Source: an uncultured bacterium (lineage in GTDB: Bacteria; Chlamydiota; Chlamydiia; Chlamydiales; 2-12-FULL-49-11). From it: a DNA stretch of 58,974 nt. The notes beneath the pieces were generated by a model. It saw only the letters and a list, made by a program, of their open reading frames with translations, searched no databases and was not told the origin of the DNA. The translations under genes and the position numbers were made by a program. Position 1 is the stretch's first letter. Every line of letters starts with the position of its first letter. The DNA lies in NCBI GenBank assembly GCA_964477345.1, contig CAYZDL010000003.1, positions 1 through 58,974 of the forward strand. The letters are read 5' to 3'. Positions 10,748-19,885 of the stretch are shown in pieces.

Positions 10748-11842
10748 ATGGCTGTAAAGTATGGCAAATTTGAATTACCAACAAAGATAAAAATCGAAGA
10801 ACCGAGCGCACCTGGTGAGGTTTGCCGCATTATTGCTGAACCCTTAGAGAGGGGTTTTGGGCATACACTGGGAAATTCTCTCAGAAGGATTATGCTCACT
10901 TCGCTTGAGGCACCAGCAATTATGTCTGTATGCATGGAGGACGTTCCCCATGAATATATGGCTGTTGAGGGAGTTATCGAAGATATGACTCACATTATTT
11001 TGAACTTAAAGACGGCACTTTTGAGAAAGCTCCCCACTGATGATGAATCACATTCTAGAGGGATGAAAACAGTTTCAGTAGATGTCGATGTTACCCAAGA
11101 CAAGCTTGACGCCGGTGGTGGACAGCACATAGTTACAGTGAAAGAATTATTTGGACATTCAGGATTTGATGTGATTAATCCGAACCAAAAGATTTTTACA
11201 GTAACGAAGCCGTTCTTGAAAAAGATCGTGTTCCGTGTAGGCATGGGACGTGGTTACTTGCCTGCAGAAAGTATCAATTTGCCCAATAAAGGGATCAATG
11301 AGATATTTATTGATGCTACATTCTCTCCAACAAGACGAGTTAATTACTATGTTGAAAACTGCCGTGTCGGTGGTGAGACAGACATGGATCGATTAGTTCT
11401 TGAAGTGGTGACTGATGGACGAGTATCAGCTAAGGAAGCTTTAACATTTGCAACACAAATTGGTATTCTCCACCTCTCTGTTTTCGATGAGCTGAAATTC
11501 CAAACAATCACTTATGAGGCTGAAGAAGAAGAAGAGAAATCTGAAAGAGATGCGATTCTCAATAAGCTGTCTTTGAAAATTTCTGAAATCGAGCTTTCTG
11601 TCCGTTCTACAAACTGCCTCTCACAGGCAAATATTGATACGATTGCGGAACTTGTAATTATGCCTGAGTCAGAAATGCTGAAATTTAGAAATTTCGGTAA
11701 GAAGTCTCTTAATGAAATTAAAGCTAAGCTCGAAGAGATGGGGCTTGGACTTGGAATGGATTTAACACGCTACGGTATTACAAGAGAGAATGTTAAAGAT
11801 ATTATCTCAGAAATGCAATTGGCTAAAAACGCCGCAGAGTAA
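10748..11842 (+). CDS. rpoA: DNA-directed RNA polymerase alpha subunit
   Basis: 364 aa. N-terminal 'GFGHTLGNSLRRIMLTSLE' and C-terminal 'LSVRSTNCLSQANIDTIAELV' (alpha-CTD). It follows rpsK with no rpsD between them. Confidence 0.95.
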   Translation: MAVKYGKFELPTKIKIEEPSAPGEVCRIIAEPLERGFGHTLGNSLRRIMLTSLEAPAIMSVCMEDVPHEYMAVEGVIEDMTHIILNLKTALLRKLPTDDESHSRGMKTVSVDVDVTQDKLDAGGGQHIVTVKELFGHSGFDVINPNQKIFTVTKPFLKKIVFRVGMGRGYLPAESINLPNKGINEIFIDATFSPTRRVNYYVENCRVGGETDMDRLVLEVVTDGRVSAKEALTFATQIGILHLSVFDELKFQTITYEAEEEEEKSERDAILNKLSLKISEIELSVRSTNCLSQANIDTIAELVIMPESEMLKFRNFGKKSLNEIKAKLEEMGLGLGMDLTRYGITRENVKDIISEMQLAKNAAE

Positions 11843-11874
11843 GTAAAAGTAATTTGAATACAATAGGTTAGGAC

Positions 11875-12300
11875 ATGAGACATAGAAAAAGATCGACATC
11901 GCTAGGAAAGGATACAGCGCATCTAAAAGCCATGCTAAGAAATATGGCAAAGTCATTCATCATGCATGAAAAGATCTCTACAACTGTTGACAGAGCAAAA
12001 GAGTTAAGGAGAGTTGTAGAGCCTCTTATTACTTTGGCAAAAGAAGATAGCGTTCAAACAAGAAGAAGAGCGGTGAAGTTGCTTGGCGTTCGCTATAATG
12101 CACTCACTACCAAAGAAGCAAGAGCTGCAAAAGGTGGTGATCTAAGAGCCTATAACGACGACAGGAAGTTAATAAAGAAGCTTTTTGAAGAGATTGGTCC
12201 TAAGTTTAAAGAGAGACCTGGTGGATATACTCGAATCGTAAGAACGGGTTCAAGAATCGGTGACGCTGCTTCTACCTGTCTATTCGAGTCTGTGCAATAA
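11875..12300 (+). CDS. rplQ: 50S ribosomal protein L17 (bL17)
   Basis: 141 aa, 'MRHRKRSTSLGKDTAHLKAMLRNMA', 'RPGGYTRIV'. Confidence 0.93.
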   Translation: MRHRKRSTSLGKDTAHLKAMLRNMAKSFIMHEKISTTVDRAKELRRVVEPLITLAKEDSVQTRRRAVKLLGVRYNALTTKEARAAKGGDLRAYNDDRKLIKKLFEEIGPKFKERPGGYTRIVRTGSRIGDAASTCLFESVQ

Positions 12301-12393
12301 CCTGGGCTTGGGTTTATCTAATTAAGGCTTAATGAGTTTTAAGATAAATCCACGCCGCCTGATTACCCAATTAGGAATAAGATTTTTTCGGAC

Positions 12394-12423
12394 TTTACAG
12401 TTAAAAAAGATCTAATCTACAAT
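12394..12423 (+). promoter_or_regulatory. candidate sigma-70-type promoter for gap (TTTACA-18 nt-TACAAT)
   Basis: Hexamers read by eye at 12394-12399 and 12418-12423, about 65 nt upstream of the gap ATG. Not validated. Confidence 0.35.
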
Positions 12424-12488
12424 GAGGTATGGCAGTATAGATAGAGACCTGTTGCTTATAGGTCTAAATGTAAGGGAGTTAGAGCACT

Positions 12489-13496
12489 ATGACCCAAATT
12501 CGCGTAGCGATAAACGGCTTTGGGCGTATTGGGAGGATGGTATTTAGAGCTCTGGTGGACAATGCAGAGTTTGATGTTTGTCTAATCAATGATTTAGAGC
12601 CTATATCAATCTTAGCATATCTTCTCAAATACGATTCGGTCCATGGAAAGCTTAACAAAGAAGTGAACTATGATGACAATTTTCTCTATATAGGAGAAAA
12701 GAGGGTCCAAGTCTTTGCTGAGAAAGAGGCAAAGAATATTCCTTACAAGGAAATTTCTGTAGATTTTGTTATAGAAGCTACAGGACATTATACAAAATTA
12801 GAAAAGGCAAAAGAGCATTTGGTTTCCGGGGCTGTGTCGTATGTGATGATCACAGCACCTGCGGATGTACCCATGTTTGTAATGGGGGTAAACCATGCTA
12901 TGTTTGACCGTGAAAAAGATACCGTATTCTCGTGCGCTTCGTGTACGACTAATTGTCTTGCACCGATAGCAAAAGTATTACATGACAACTTTGGGATAGT
13001 AGAAGGATTAATGACGACGATCCATGCTGTAACTGCGACGCAAAAAGTTGTTGATGTAGCGGGAGGAAGAGATAAAAGAGCATGCCGTACAGCTCTTAGC
13101 AATATGGGGCCCTCTTCCACAGGTGCTGCGAAGGCCGTGGGGAAGGTAATACCCGAATTAGAAGGAAAATTAACAGGAACAGCTTTTCGTGTTCCCGTGA
13201 TTGATGTGTCAGTGGTTGATTTGACTGTGAGATTGGCAAAAAGCACAAGTTTAGATGACATTTCTGCTGCTATGAAAAAAGCAAGTGAAACTAACCTACA
13301 CAAAATCTTGGGATATACTGAAGAGGAACTAGTGTCGACAGATTTTATTGGATGTCCACTCTCAGCAGTGTACGATAAAACCGCAGGGATTCAATTAAAC
13401 CCCAACTTTTTTAAACTCGTTGCTTGGTATGACAATGAGTGGGGCTATGCCAATCGATGTGTCGACCTCATGCGCACCATAATGACAAATTGCTAA
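12489..13496 (+). CDS. gap: glyceraldehyde-3-phosphate dehydrogenase
   Basis: 335 aa. Has 'INGFGRIGR' (NAD fold), the catalytic 'ASCTTNCLAP', and 'WYDNEWGY'. Confidence 0.93.
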   Translation: MTQIRVAINGFGRIGRMVFRALVDNAEFDVCLINDLEPISILAYLLKYDSVHGKLNKEVNYDDNFLYIGEKRVQVFAEKEAKNIPYKEISVDFVIEATGHYTKLEKAKEHLVSGAVSYVMITAPADVPMFVMGVNHAMFDREKDTVFSCASCTTNCLAPIAKVLHDNFGIVEGLMTTIHAVTATQKVVDVAGGRDKRACRTALSNMGPSSTGAAKAVGKVIPELEGKLTGTAFRVPVIDVSVVDLTVRLAKSTSLDDISAAMKKASETNLHKILGYTEEELVSTDFIGCPLSAVYDKTAGIQLNPNFFKLVAWYDNEWGYANRCVDLMRTIMTNC

Positions 13497-13542
13497 AGCA
13501 AAGGGTCAGTTGTGGATTGTGCCTACAAAAAAGAGGTGTATA

Positions 13543-14289
13543 ATGAATTTTACGCGTGAACCAATTATAGAAACAATCATCTCCGCCAAGGAGGGATACA
13601 AACTTTCCATTAAGAGCAGTAAATCGCCAGAGGCTGAAGAGTATCTTGTCGATGCTGTAGAAGTGGTTGCGTTTGGAGGGACTTTTTTTTACAGATGTCA
13701 GGAAAAGCCCAAAACATTTTTTATCCCAGCCGCTGATTTTGAAATTGTCGAAGTCAAAGAAGCAAGGATTTTAATTAAGAATCCTAACATTGATAAATCG
13801 ATAAAGATTGCTGGAGGAAAAGAGGCATCTAAACCTTCAAGAGACGAAGATGAATCTTTAGATGAGCCTAAAGAGGAAACTTCACCAAGGATGTCTACGG
13901 CACCTTCTCCGCAACAAGAGCAAAAAAGGGATAAAAAGAGGGGAAGAAGAGGGAAGACAAAATCGAACGAGCCAGGAGCAAAACCGACTGCACAATTTGG
14001 ATCAGAAACTTCCCCGGTCGAAATGGTGCCAAGACCTACGGTCTTCAGCCACCTACTTACCCCCCCACCTGGTCTAATTTCAGACACGATAGAGCGCTAT
14101 AAACAAGCGGCTGAGGAAGTCCCTACTACGCTCACTCTAGAAGAAGATATGAATCCTCATAAAAAGCACAAAGCTAAGGAAGAAGAGATTCATCAAGATC
14201 TTCAACCTGAGGAGACTTCATCATTTGATCCTGGAGAATTTCGGACAGAATCAATGGCTGAGATCATGATCCACGACGAAACACAGTAA
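13543..14289 (+). CDS. hypothetical protein (folded N-terminal ~100 aa plus charged low-complexity tail)
   Basis: ORF opens at TTG 13510. The ATG at 13543 follows AAGAGG. No family recognised. Confidence 0.6.
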   Translation: MNFTREPIIETIISAKEGYKLSIKSSKSPEAEEYLVDAVEVVAFGGTFFYRCQEKPKTFFIPAADFEIVEVKEARILIKNPNIDKSIKIAGGKEASKPSRDEDESLDEPKEETSPRMSTAPSPQQEQKRDKKRGRRGKTKSNEPGAKPTAQFGSETSPVEMVPRPTVFSHLLTPPPGLISDTIERYKQAAEEVPTTLTLEEDMNPHKKHKAKEEEIHQDLQPEETSSFDPGEFRTESMAEIMIHDETQ

Positions 14290-14293
14290 CTAC

Positions 14294-14322
14294 TTTAAAC
14301 AAATTAGCCACTCTGCTAGAAT
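14294..14322 (+). promoter_or_regulatory. candidate promoter for tRNA-Leu (TTTAAA-17 nt-TAGAAT)
   Basis: Hexamers at 14294-14299 and 14317-14322. The tRNA 5' end lies 14 nt downstream of the -10 element. Confidence 0.35.
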
Positions 14323-14335
14323 TCCACCACCTAAC

Positions 14336-14418
14336 GCTCAGGTGGTGGAATGGTAGACACAAAGGACTTAAAATCCTTTGGGAGCAATCCCGTGCGGGTT
14401 CGAGTCCCGCCCCGAGCA
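14336..14418 (+). tRNA. tRNA-Leu (anticodon UAA)
   Basis: Hand-folded cloverleaf. Acceptor GCTCAGG/CCCGAGC has one A-C mismatch. D-arm is 'GGTGGAATGGTAGACAC' and the anticodon loop is 'CT-TAA-AA'. It has a long variable arm and T-arm 'GCGGGTTCGAGTCCCGC'. CCA is not encoded. Confidence 0.85.
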
Positions 14419-14461
14419 TCTTCTTCGACAGAAAAAATAATTATCTTCAACGTAGGAAAGT

Positions 14462-15037
14462 ATGAGACACATTGGATTGTTGATTTTATCGATTAATTTA
14501 CTCTTTGCAACTATCTATTGTGACGGGGAAAAAATGAATTTAAAAAGTGGAGCGTCAGGGATGGAATATAGCGTCCAAAAGCAAGATCAGAGGTTGTTTA
14601 TTGGGTATGAATTGAGAACAAATAATAACGAATGTTCTGTTGCTATGCCTGCTCACAAGAATAGATTTTTCCAAGAAGGTTTTTATGCAAAGATTCCCAA
14701 CAAGTTAAATGGGAACATTTTTGCCCTTTATACAGATTATGAAGGTGATTATACAAAACCATATTCATGGATCCTTGGATGCGAAGTGTCTAGCTTAGAT
14801 GAAGTGCCTGTTGGCCTAGTCGCAAAAGTGATTCCTCAGGGGAACTATGCGGTTTACACAACAGAGGGGAAGTTTCCCCAAGGGTTAATTGCTGCATGGC
14901 AATCTATTTGGAGCTCTAATCTGTCACGCGCTTACACAAGCGACTTTGAACTATATAGCGCCGACTTTAATCCTGAGACTAATCCAGAAGTGAAAGTATA
15001 TATCGCCATAGAATCATCGCAAGATGGGGCGATATAA
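14462..15037 (+). CDS. GyrI-like / AraC-effector-binding-type small-molecule-binding domain protein
   Basis: 191 aa. My recollection of the family is 'FIGYELRT...', '[20 protein letters not shown]' and 'DFELY...VKVYIAIE'. The hydrophobic N-terminus may be a signal peptide, or the true start may be an internal Met (MNLK.../MEYS...). Confidence 0.6.
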   Translation: MRHIGLLILSINLLFATIYCDGEKMNLKSGASGMEYSVQKQDQRLFIGYELRTNNNECSVAMPAHKNRFFQEGFYAKIPNKLNGNIFALYTDYEGDYTKPYSWILGCEVSSLDEVPVGLVAKVIPQGNYAVYTTEGKFPQGLIAAWQSIWSSNLSRAYTSDFELYSADFNPETNPEVKVYIAIESSQDGAI

Positions 15038-15049
15038 TACTCTCTTCTC

Positions 15050-16423
15050 TTAAGATAAGGGTCTTGGGTTACTAAAGAGTTTTTTAAGTATGTGAGCTTT
15101 TAAAAAGAGGCACATTTGTGAATACCTCGTTTTAACAGATATGGGGGTGTAACAGTGTCCAGTCGACGTAGCGTCTAACAAAGCCTGTACAGAAGCGATT
15201 GTTGGCCGTAGAGCGCTCCGATAAGCTTCTAGGGCGTCCCGGTAAGCTTTTAAGTCCTTCCGATAAGCTTCCAAGTCTTTTTTTAAAGGATATTTACCAT
15301 GGTATTGTAAGGGATTGTGATGATATTCCCATCCCAAATCTACATCAGCTCTCCCTGGAAGATCTTCTTGTAAAGCAGAGCGTAGAACCTCACCTAATTG
15401 TAGATAATGTAGATCAGTATAAGGAGAAGGGGAAGATATTCCGTTAAAAGAAGGATCCACACAATAGTAGCATTCCCAGGTGGGACCAAAGCCTAATAGA
15501 TAAGCTAGAGCTTGGTTCTCGTGGTCAGATCGAGTGGCAAGAGAAATTTGAATTATACGACTATACAAGCTATTAGATTTGAAATTTCGTAGGTAGCAGC
15601 GAGGGTTAAAAAGAGCAAGAGGCCTCTCATTCACTGTGCAACATTCATCAAGTCTTAGTGTTGGGATCTCTGCAGCAATAACACATAGAAGTTTGGTGAT
15701 ATCACTTGAGTGTTCTGAGTGGTGTGTTGCTTTCCTGCAAGGCTTTATTCCAAGGATGACTAGAAGAGATTCTATGGCTATTTTCCGTTTTCGGTGCTCT
15801 TCTGGATTATTTTGAGCGTTTGCTTCAGCTCGTTTTTGAATATAGACGATTAGTTCTTTTACACTCGGAAGTTGCCACTTTTCTTCAATGCTCTTCATTG
15901 CGCGTCCAAGTTCTCTCTGTTCTTCTTCTGTAAATTCCTCTAGTCGTTTAAGAGTAAAATCGTGATTTGCCATAAGCCGACTTACCGCTCCCCTCAGAAG
16001 ATTTTGCTCTTCTAGGGTAAAAGGGGTTCTTACTGTTGCCGTCTCTTGCGGATCGATATCCAAATCTAAGAAGCTAGAAGCTTGTTCAGAAGTCTGATCA
16101 TTGATGGAAGAAAGAGGAATACCAAAATTAACGGTTATTGTTTTCTGAAAAAACAATGATCTGACACTTTCAAAACACAGAGCAATACCCAACGAGCAAA
16201 GAACAATCATAATTCCTAAAGCACACCGCCCTATGCGATCTAAACAAGAAAGGTTGCGGAATTTCTGTCCAATTAATTGATATTTTGGGGTTCCCTCTGC
16301 AATATTTGGTTGGCACTTTGCATCAACAATTTGACCGTATCTATCGAATTCAGGTACATCGTTCCAGGCCGCAAATTTTTGCTCTAGTTCGAGGGCGTTA
16401 TTGAGAATCATGAAATCAGTCAT
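15050..16423 (-). CDS. hypothetical membrane-anchored protein with 3 x 7-aa tandem repeat (LEAYRKD/LKAYRDA/LEAYRSA)
   Basis: 457 aa with one hydrophobic segment, 'CALGIMIVLCSLGIALCF'. No recognised family. Confidence 0.6.
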   Translation of the reverse strand: MTDFMILNNALELEQKFAAWNDVPEFDRYGQIVDAKCQPNIAEGTPKYQLIGQKFRNLSCLDRIGRCALGIMIVLCSLGIALCFESVRSLFFQKTITVNFGIPLSSINDQTSEQASSFLDLDIDPQETATVRTPFTLEEQNLLRGAVSRLMANHDFTLKRLEEFTEEEQRELGRAMKSIEEKWQLPSVKELIVYIQKRAEANAQNNPEEHRKRKIAIESLLVILGIKPCRKATHHSEHSSDITKLLCVIAAEIPTLRLDECCTVNERPLALFNPRCYLRNFKSNSLYSRIIQISLATRSDHENQALAYLLGFGPTWECYYCVDPSFNGISSPSPYTDLHYLQLGEVLRSALQEDLPGRADVDLGWEYHHNPLQYHGKYPLKKDLEAYRKDLKAYRDALEAYRSALRPTIASVQALLDATSTGHCYTPISVKTRYSQMCLFLKAHILKKLFSNPRPLS

Positions 16424-16575
16424 AAAATTATTTATCCAATTTATCTATTGATTAATTATAATGTTTTTAAGTTATATAAGTCAAAATATCCAGATTGCTT
16501 TTATAATATTTTGAAATTAAACACCTTGATGTTATAATAATTGTATTATTAATATAATTTTAATGGATTAACTTT

Positions 16576-17970
16576 ATGGCGCTGGGATTTGAGTTTGAAA
16601 AAGGAATTGTAGAGTTCTTTACTAGAAGGGGGACTATTTTTGATAAGTCCACTTTCGAGGGGTCCTTTCAAAAAAAAATTGAATACTTAAGACAAGAGAA
16701 AAAAGAAATTTCTAGTACTAAGCCAAAGGTAGTCGTTTTGGGCAGGGGGCCGGCAGGTTTGATGAGAGCGATTCAGGCTCTTATGAATGGCCACTCTACG
16801 ACAGTGGTCGAAAAGCGCTCAAAGGATGCTGATGGAAGGAGTAATTCGGTAGCTCTAACTAAAATTACAATTGATATTTTAAAATATTACGGAATTTATC
16901 AATATCTAATGGAGCATAAGTTGATATTTCCACCCTTTCCAGATGGCACTATCAATGTGCGTCTAGGAGATCTTGAAGAGGCTATGCTAGAGATTCTCTA
17001 TCAACTGAACCATGGTTCTGTGATTGAATACGACTCGCAAGTCGAAAAATTAGCGTTAGAGTCTGAAAAAGTGGCTGTGACTCTCAAGTGTAAAGAGGGA
17101 GATGAAAAGACGATTTCTCAGATCGACATTCTTATTAATAGCGAGGGGAGTCGTAGTACAACTAATGCTAAAATGGGAATCAATCGAGTGGAGATATTGC
17201 CTCAGATTCCTGTGATTGCGGCCATATTTAAAGATGAAAGACCCAGTATTACAGGAATTGGATCCCTTTGCTCATATGTAGGAAAAAGTATGGTCTATGT
17301 AGCTGTTACGATTTACTACAATGTTCAATTTTTCTTTTGTTTTTTATTTTCATCGCATTTTAGAGGACAGATCAAAGGATCGATTATTTTAAAAACCCCT
17401 GGGCAAAATTATTTAGGGTGTGGTTTTTCTGATGAAATCAATCATCGGTTACAAGCTTTACAAAAGAAAATTAAAATAGTCTCTCATGAAAATCAGAAGA
17501 AACTAGAAAAAGAGTACGATTCATTTGCAAGACATTGGATCCGTTTGTCGATATGTCATGCAAACCTAGTGTCTCTAATTTCTTGGTACCATAAAGGACC
17601 ACACATGTTAACAGGGGCTCATCTTTCTCTCGAGTCGTTTCAAATGATCAATATTGGGGCTGACCGAGCGACAGAATATATAAAGAAGATGGGAAAAACG
17701 ACGATTTTGCTTGCAGGAGACACAAGCGCCACCGTTGATCCGACAACAGGTCTTGGATGTAATACCGCTATTCAATCGTCTGTCGATTTCCTAGACTTTA
17801 TCTGGGGTCAAGATGAGGGGATTTCACAAGATCGACTTGTTGAAGATTACAACAGCCGAACCGAAGAAAGAGTAAGATTCATTCATAATGCATCGGTAGG
17901 AATGAGAAAGTTGTATCGCCCTGATGCGTTAACGTCCATGTCGATGTTTATGTTGAGACAAGATCAGTAG
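16576..17970 (+). CDS. FAD-dependent (class A flavoprotein monooxygenase-like) oxidoreductase
   Basis: 464 aa. Has 'VVVLGRGPAGL' (GxGxxG), 'NSEGSRS', and 'LAGDTSATVDPTTGLGCNTAI' (GD motif). There is an unusual internal hydrophobic stretch at residues 239-262. Confidence 0.7.
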   Translation: MALGFEFEKGIVEFFTRRGTIFDKSTFEGSFQKKIEYLRQEKKEISSTKPKVVVLGRGPAGLMRAIQALMNGHSTTVVEKRSKDADGRSNSVALTKITIDILKYYGIYQYLMEHKLIFPPFPDGTINVRLGDLEEAMLEILYQLNHGSVIEYDSQVEKLALESEKVAVTLKCKEGDEKTISQIDILINSEGSRSTTNAKMGINRVEILPQIPVIAAIFKDERPSITGIGSLCSYVGKSMVYVAVTIYYNVQFFFCFLFSSHFRGQIKGSIILKTPGQNYLGCGFSDEINHRLQALQKKIKIVSHENQKKLEKEYDSFARHWIRLSICHANLVSLISWYHKGPHMLTGAHLSLESFQMINIGADRATEYIKKMGKTTILLAGDTSATVDPTTGLGCNTAIQSSVDFLDFIWGQDEGISQDRLVEDYNSRTEERVRFIHNASVGMRKLYRPDALTSMSMFMLRQDQ

Positions 17971-18039
17971 ATCAATTTCATTTACATTTTTTGTTAAATT
18001 TGAATATGATTACTCTGGATTTTTTACCATGGAGAATCG

Positions 18040-18255
18040 ATGTTTCGAGCAGTTTTTTGTCTTTTTGCTATCTCATTGATCGGGGGCTTGTCAGCAAAGC
18101 AATATACAGAAAGAGAAGCCCCAAGTATCTCTACCCATCTAAAACAAAAAAAATATTGGCGCTGTTCAGATTGCGGTCATTACTATCAACAGGAAGAAAA
18201 GCCGGATGTTTGCTCTAACTGTGCAGGGCACAATTTCTACTTTTATTATCTATAG
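18040..18255 (+). CDS. small signal-peptide protein with CxxC...CxxC zinc-ribbon
   Basis: 71 aa with GGAG 6 nt upstream. Has 'MFRAVFCLFAISLIGGLSA' followed by 'CSDCGH...CSNCAGH'. Confidence 0.45.
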   Translation: MFRAVFCLFAISLIGGLSAKQYTEREAPSISTHLKQKKYWRCSDCGHYYQQEEKPDVCSNCAGHNFYFYYL

Positions 18256-18677
18256 AGGGATCTAGCATAGGTTCTTACTGCTTCAAGCCCTACTGCCTGT
18301 ATTAACTCGGTCGATCGACTCTCAAAGAAAGCGATGACATTTTTACCCTCAAGATGGGGTCTCATCGCTCTAAATGCTAACATCATAGCATGGTCGGTGT
18401 GATCATGGATTGATCCTTCTTGGGGTACGTGCATCTTTGCGGGTGATAACAAAGAATCTACCTGATTTTTAAACGCGCGAAAAAGAGGGCTCATTTTCCT
18501 GCTGCATTCGGGGTGGACGACTATACTTAGATCATTAGGGAACAAAGAATCGCATCTGCTGCTTCTCTGGCTTCGAGATGCGTGAATTTTTTCTTCACAA
18601 AGTCCGCAAGTAGCAGCAGAGACTATTGAGATACCAAGTTCTTGACAGATAGAACAGGTGCTTCTCCCGGCTTCCAT
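18246..18677 (-). CDS. hypothetical protein, Cys-rich N-terminus (CSIC...CGLC)
   Basis: 143-aa ORF. It is convergent with the previous gene and overlaps it by 10 nt. Confidence 0.5.
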   Translation of the reverse strand: MEAGRSTCSICQELGISIVSAATCGLCEEKIHASRSQRSSRCDSLFPNDLSIVVHPECSRKMSPLFRAFKNQVDSLLSPAKMHVPQEGSIHDHTDHAMMLAFRAMRPHLEGKNVIAFFESRSTELIQAVGLEAVRTYARSLYR

Positions 18678-18830
18678 TACACCTCCTAAAAAAAAGAGCT
18701 GAGTCTACTTTAACAAATCTTAATCATCAATGGCCAATTTTTTTTAGGATTGAGGAGAGATGAAATAATGGGCAAAATTTGCGAGAACAGGTATGGTAAA
18801 TTATGGCTTATTTATTCAACGGGGTAGGGT

Positions 18831-19466
18831 ATGCGTCAGTTAACATTGGATAAAGCATCCGATATTCAAGAAGAAATTTTAGATCAGTTAAAAAGTAAAG
18901 AGGCTCAACTTTCAATGATCCGAGATTCTAAAGAGCCTATAGGCGTTCGATGGCAAGCTCTCATTGGCGTTGTGATTCCTATCCAAATTGAGACGATTGC
19001 TAAACATGGGTTTTCTCCCGATCAACAGGGTCTTTCGGACTTCAACAAGCAACTTATGAAATTTAATTTGGATCACAAAGTCTTACGTAAGCTCAATGAG
19101 AAAAAATGGGACTATTTAATCGATAAAGCGTTTGGTCTTAGCCAATTTCGGTCAGTTCCGTTAGAAAAAATTCAAAAGGTGATTGTTCAAATTGCCAATG
19201 AAATGACTTCAGAAGATTTTTTGCAAAAGGTCGATCAAATCAAAAAAACTTTTTCTCCAAAGATGCCATTGATCAATAAACGAAAACTTCTTCTTGCTAT
19301 AATCTTTCCTGTTCATTTGAAAATTTTAGCTGACCATGGTTTTGATGGGGATTTGGGATATATTGAGGCCCAAAGAGCTATCTTAGACCACTACTACGAT
19401 CCTGTTATTATAGAAAGTGCCATCAAGGCCCAAGAGACCGTTTTTAAGCGCGCTGAATTAAAATAA
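18831..19466 (+). CDS. hypothetical protein with internal 110-aa duplication
   Basis: 211 aa. 'VVIPIQIETIAKHGF' and 'AIIFPVHLKILADHGF' lie exactly 110 residues apart. Confidence 0.55.
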   Translation: MRQLTLDKASDIQEEILDQLKSKEAQLSMIRDSKEPIGVRWQALIGVVIPIQIETIAKHGFSPDQQGLSDFNKQLMKFNLDHKVLRKLNEKKWDYLIDKAFGLSQFRSVPLEKIQKVIVQIANEMTSEDFLQKVDQIKKTFSPKMPLINKRKLLLAIIFPVHLKILADHGFDGDLGYIEAQRAILDHYYDPVIIESAIKAQETVFKRAELK

Positions 19467-19475
19467 TTTTATGTT

Positions 19476-19871
19476 TTATTGTGGGGTGATGATTTTGTGC
19501 AGGCCGTTTTCATCGAAAATAGCTAAGGTTCCTGGGTCGAAATTTACCGATTCCCCAAGTTCATCGGCCATCCCGGTGAGTAGAGGATTGTGGGAAACAA
19601 CTAAAACATCTTGCCCCTGAGGGATTACGGAAAGGGCCTTTAGAAAGTGAGAGGAAGGAGAGAGTTCGAACATCTCTTTTGGTTCAACCCCTCCACAGAG
19701 GAGTTTTGCGGTCTCTTTTGCACGGTCCTTGGGGCTAGTTAGGACAACATCAAAAATGATCCCCTCATTATCGAGCAATTTTCTGAGGATCTTGATCTCT
19801 TCAATGCCTTCGGAGGTTAAATAACCTGTTACAGTGTCGTACTTTCCGTGTCGTACTAAATAAATTGTCAT
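19476..19871 (-). CDS. histidine phosphatase family protein (SixA-like)
   Basis: 131 aa. Has the 'IYLVRHGK' RHG motif, 'VLTSPKDRAKETA', and 'VVSHNPLL'. Confidence 0.75.
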   Translation of the reverse strand: MTIYLVRHGKYDTVTGYLTSEGIEEIKILRKLLDNEGIIFDVVLTSPKDRAKETAKLLCGGVEPKEMFELSPSSHFLKALSVIPQGQDVLVVSHNPLLTGMADELGESVNFDPGTLAIFDENGLHKIITPQ

Positions 19872-19885
19872 GAATTTAAAAGTCT

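Noticed and set aside
1542-11244. Numerous 60-140-aa ORFs antisense or out of frame within ribosomal protein, secY and rpoA genes (e.g. 1542-1784, 2442-2789, 7626-8048, 10384-10677).
   Set aside because: Each lies fully inside a strongly supported conserved gene. None has an RBS or a recognisable product. They are typical shadow ORFs.
13698-14087. ORFs 13698-14087 (-) and 13862-14077 (+) within the 13543-14289 gene.
   Set aside because: They are alternative readings of a low-complexity charged region. The long frame with an RBS is preferred.
17991-18218. 75-aa ORF overlapping the zinc-ribbon ORF in another frame.
   Set aside because: It has a TTG start without an RBS and a low-complexity product. 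The 18040 frame has GGAG upstream and a coherent signal peptide plus CxxC architecture.
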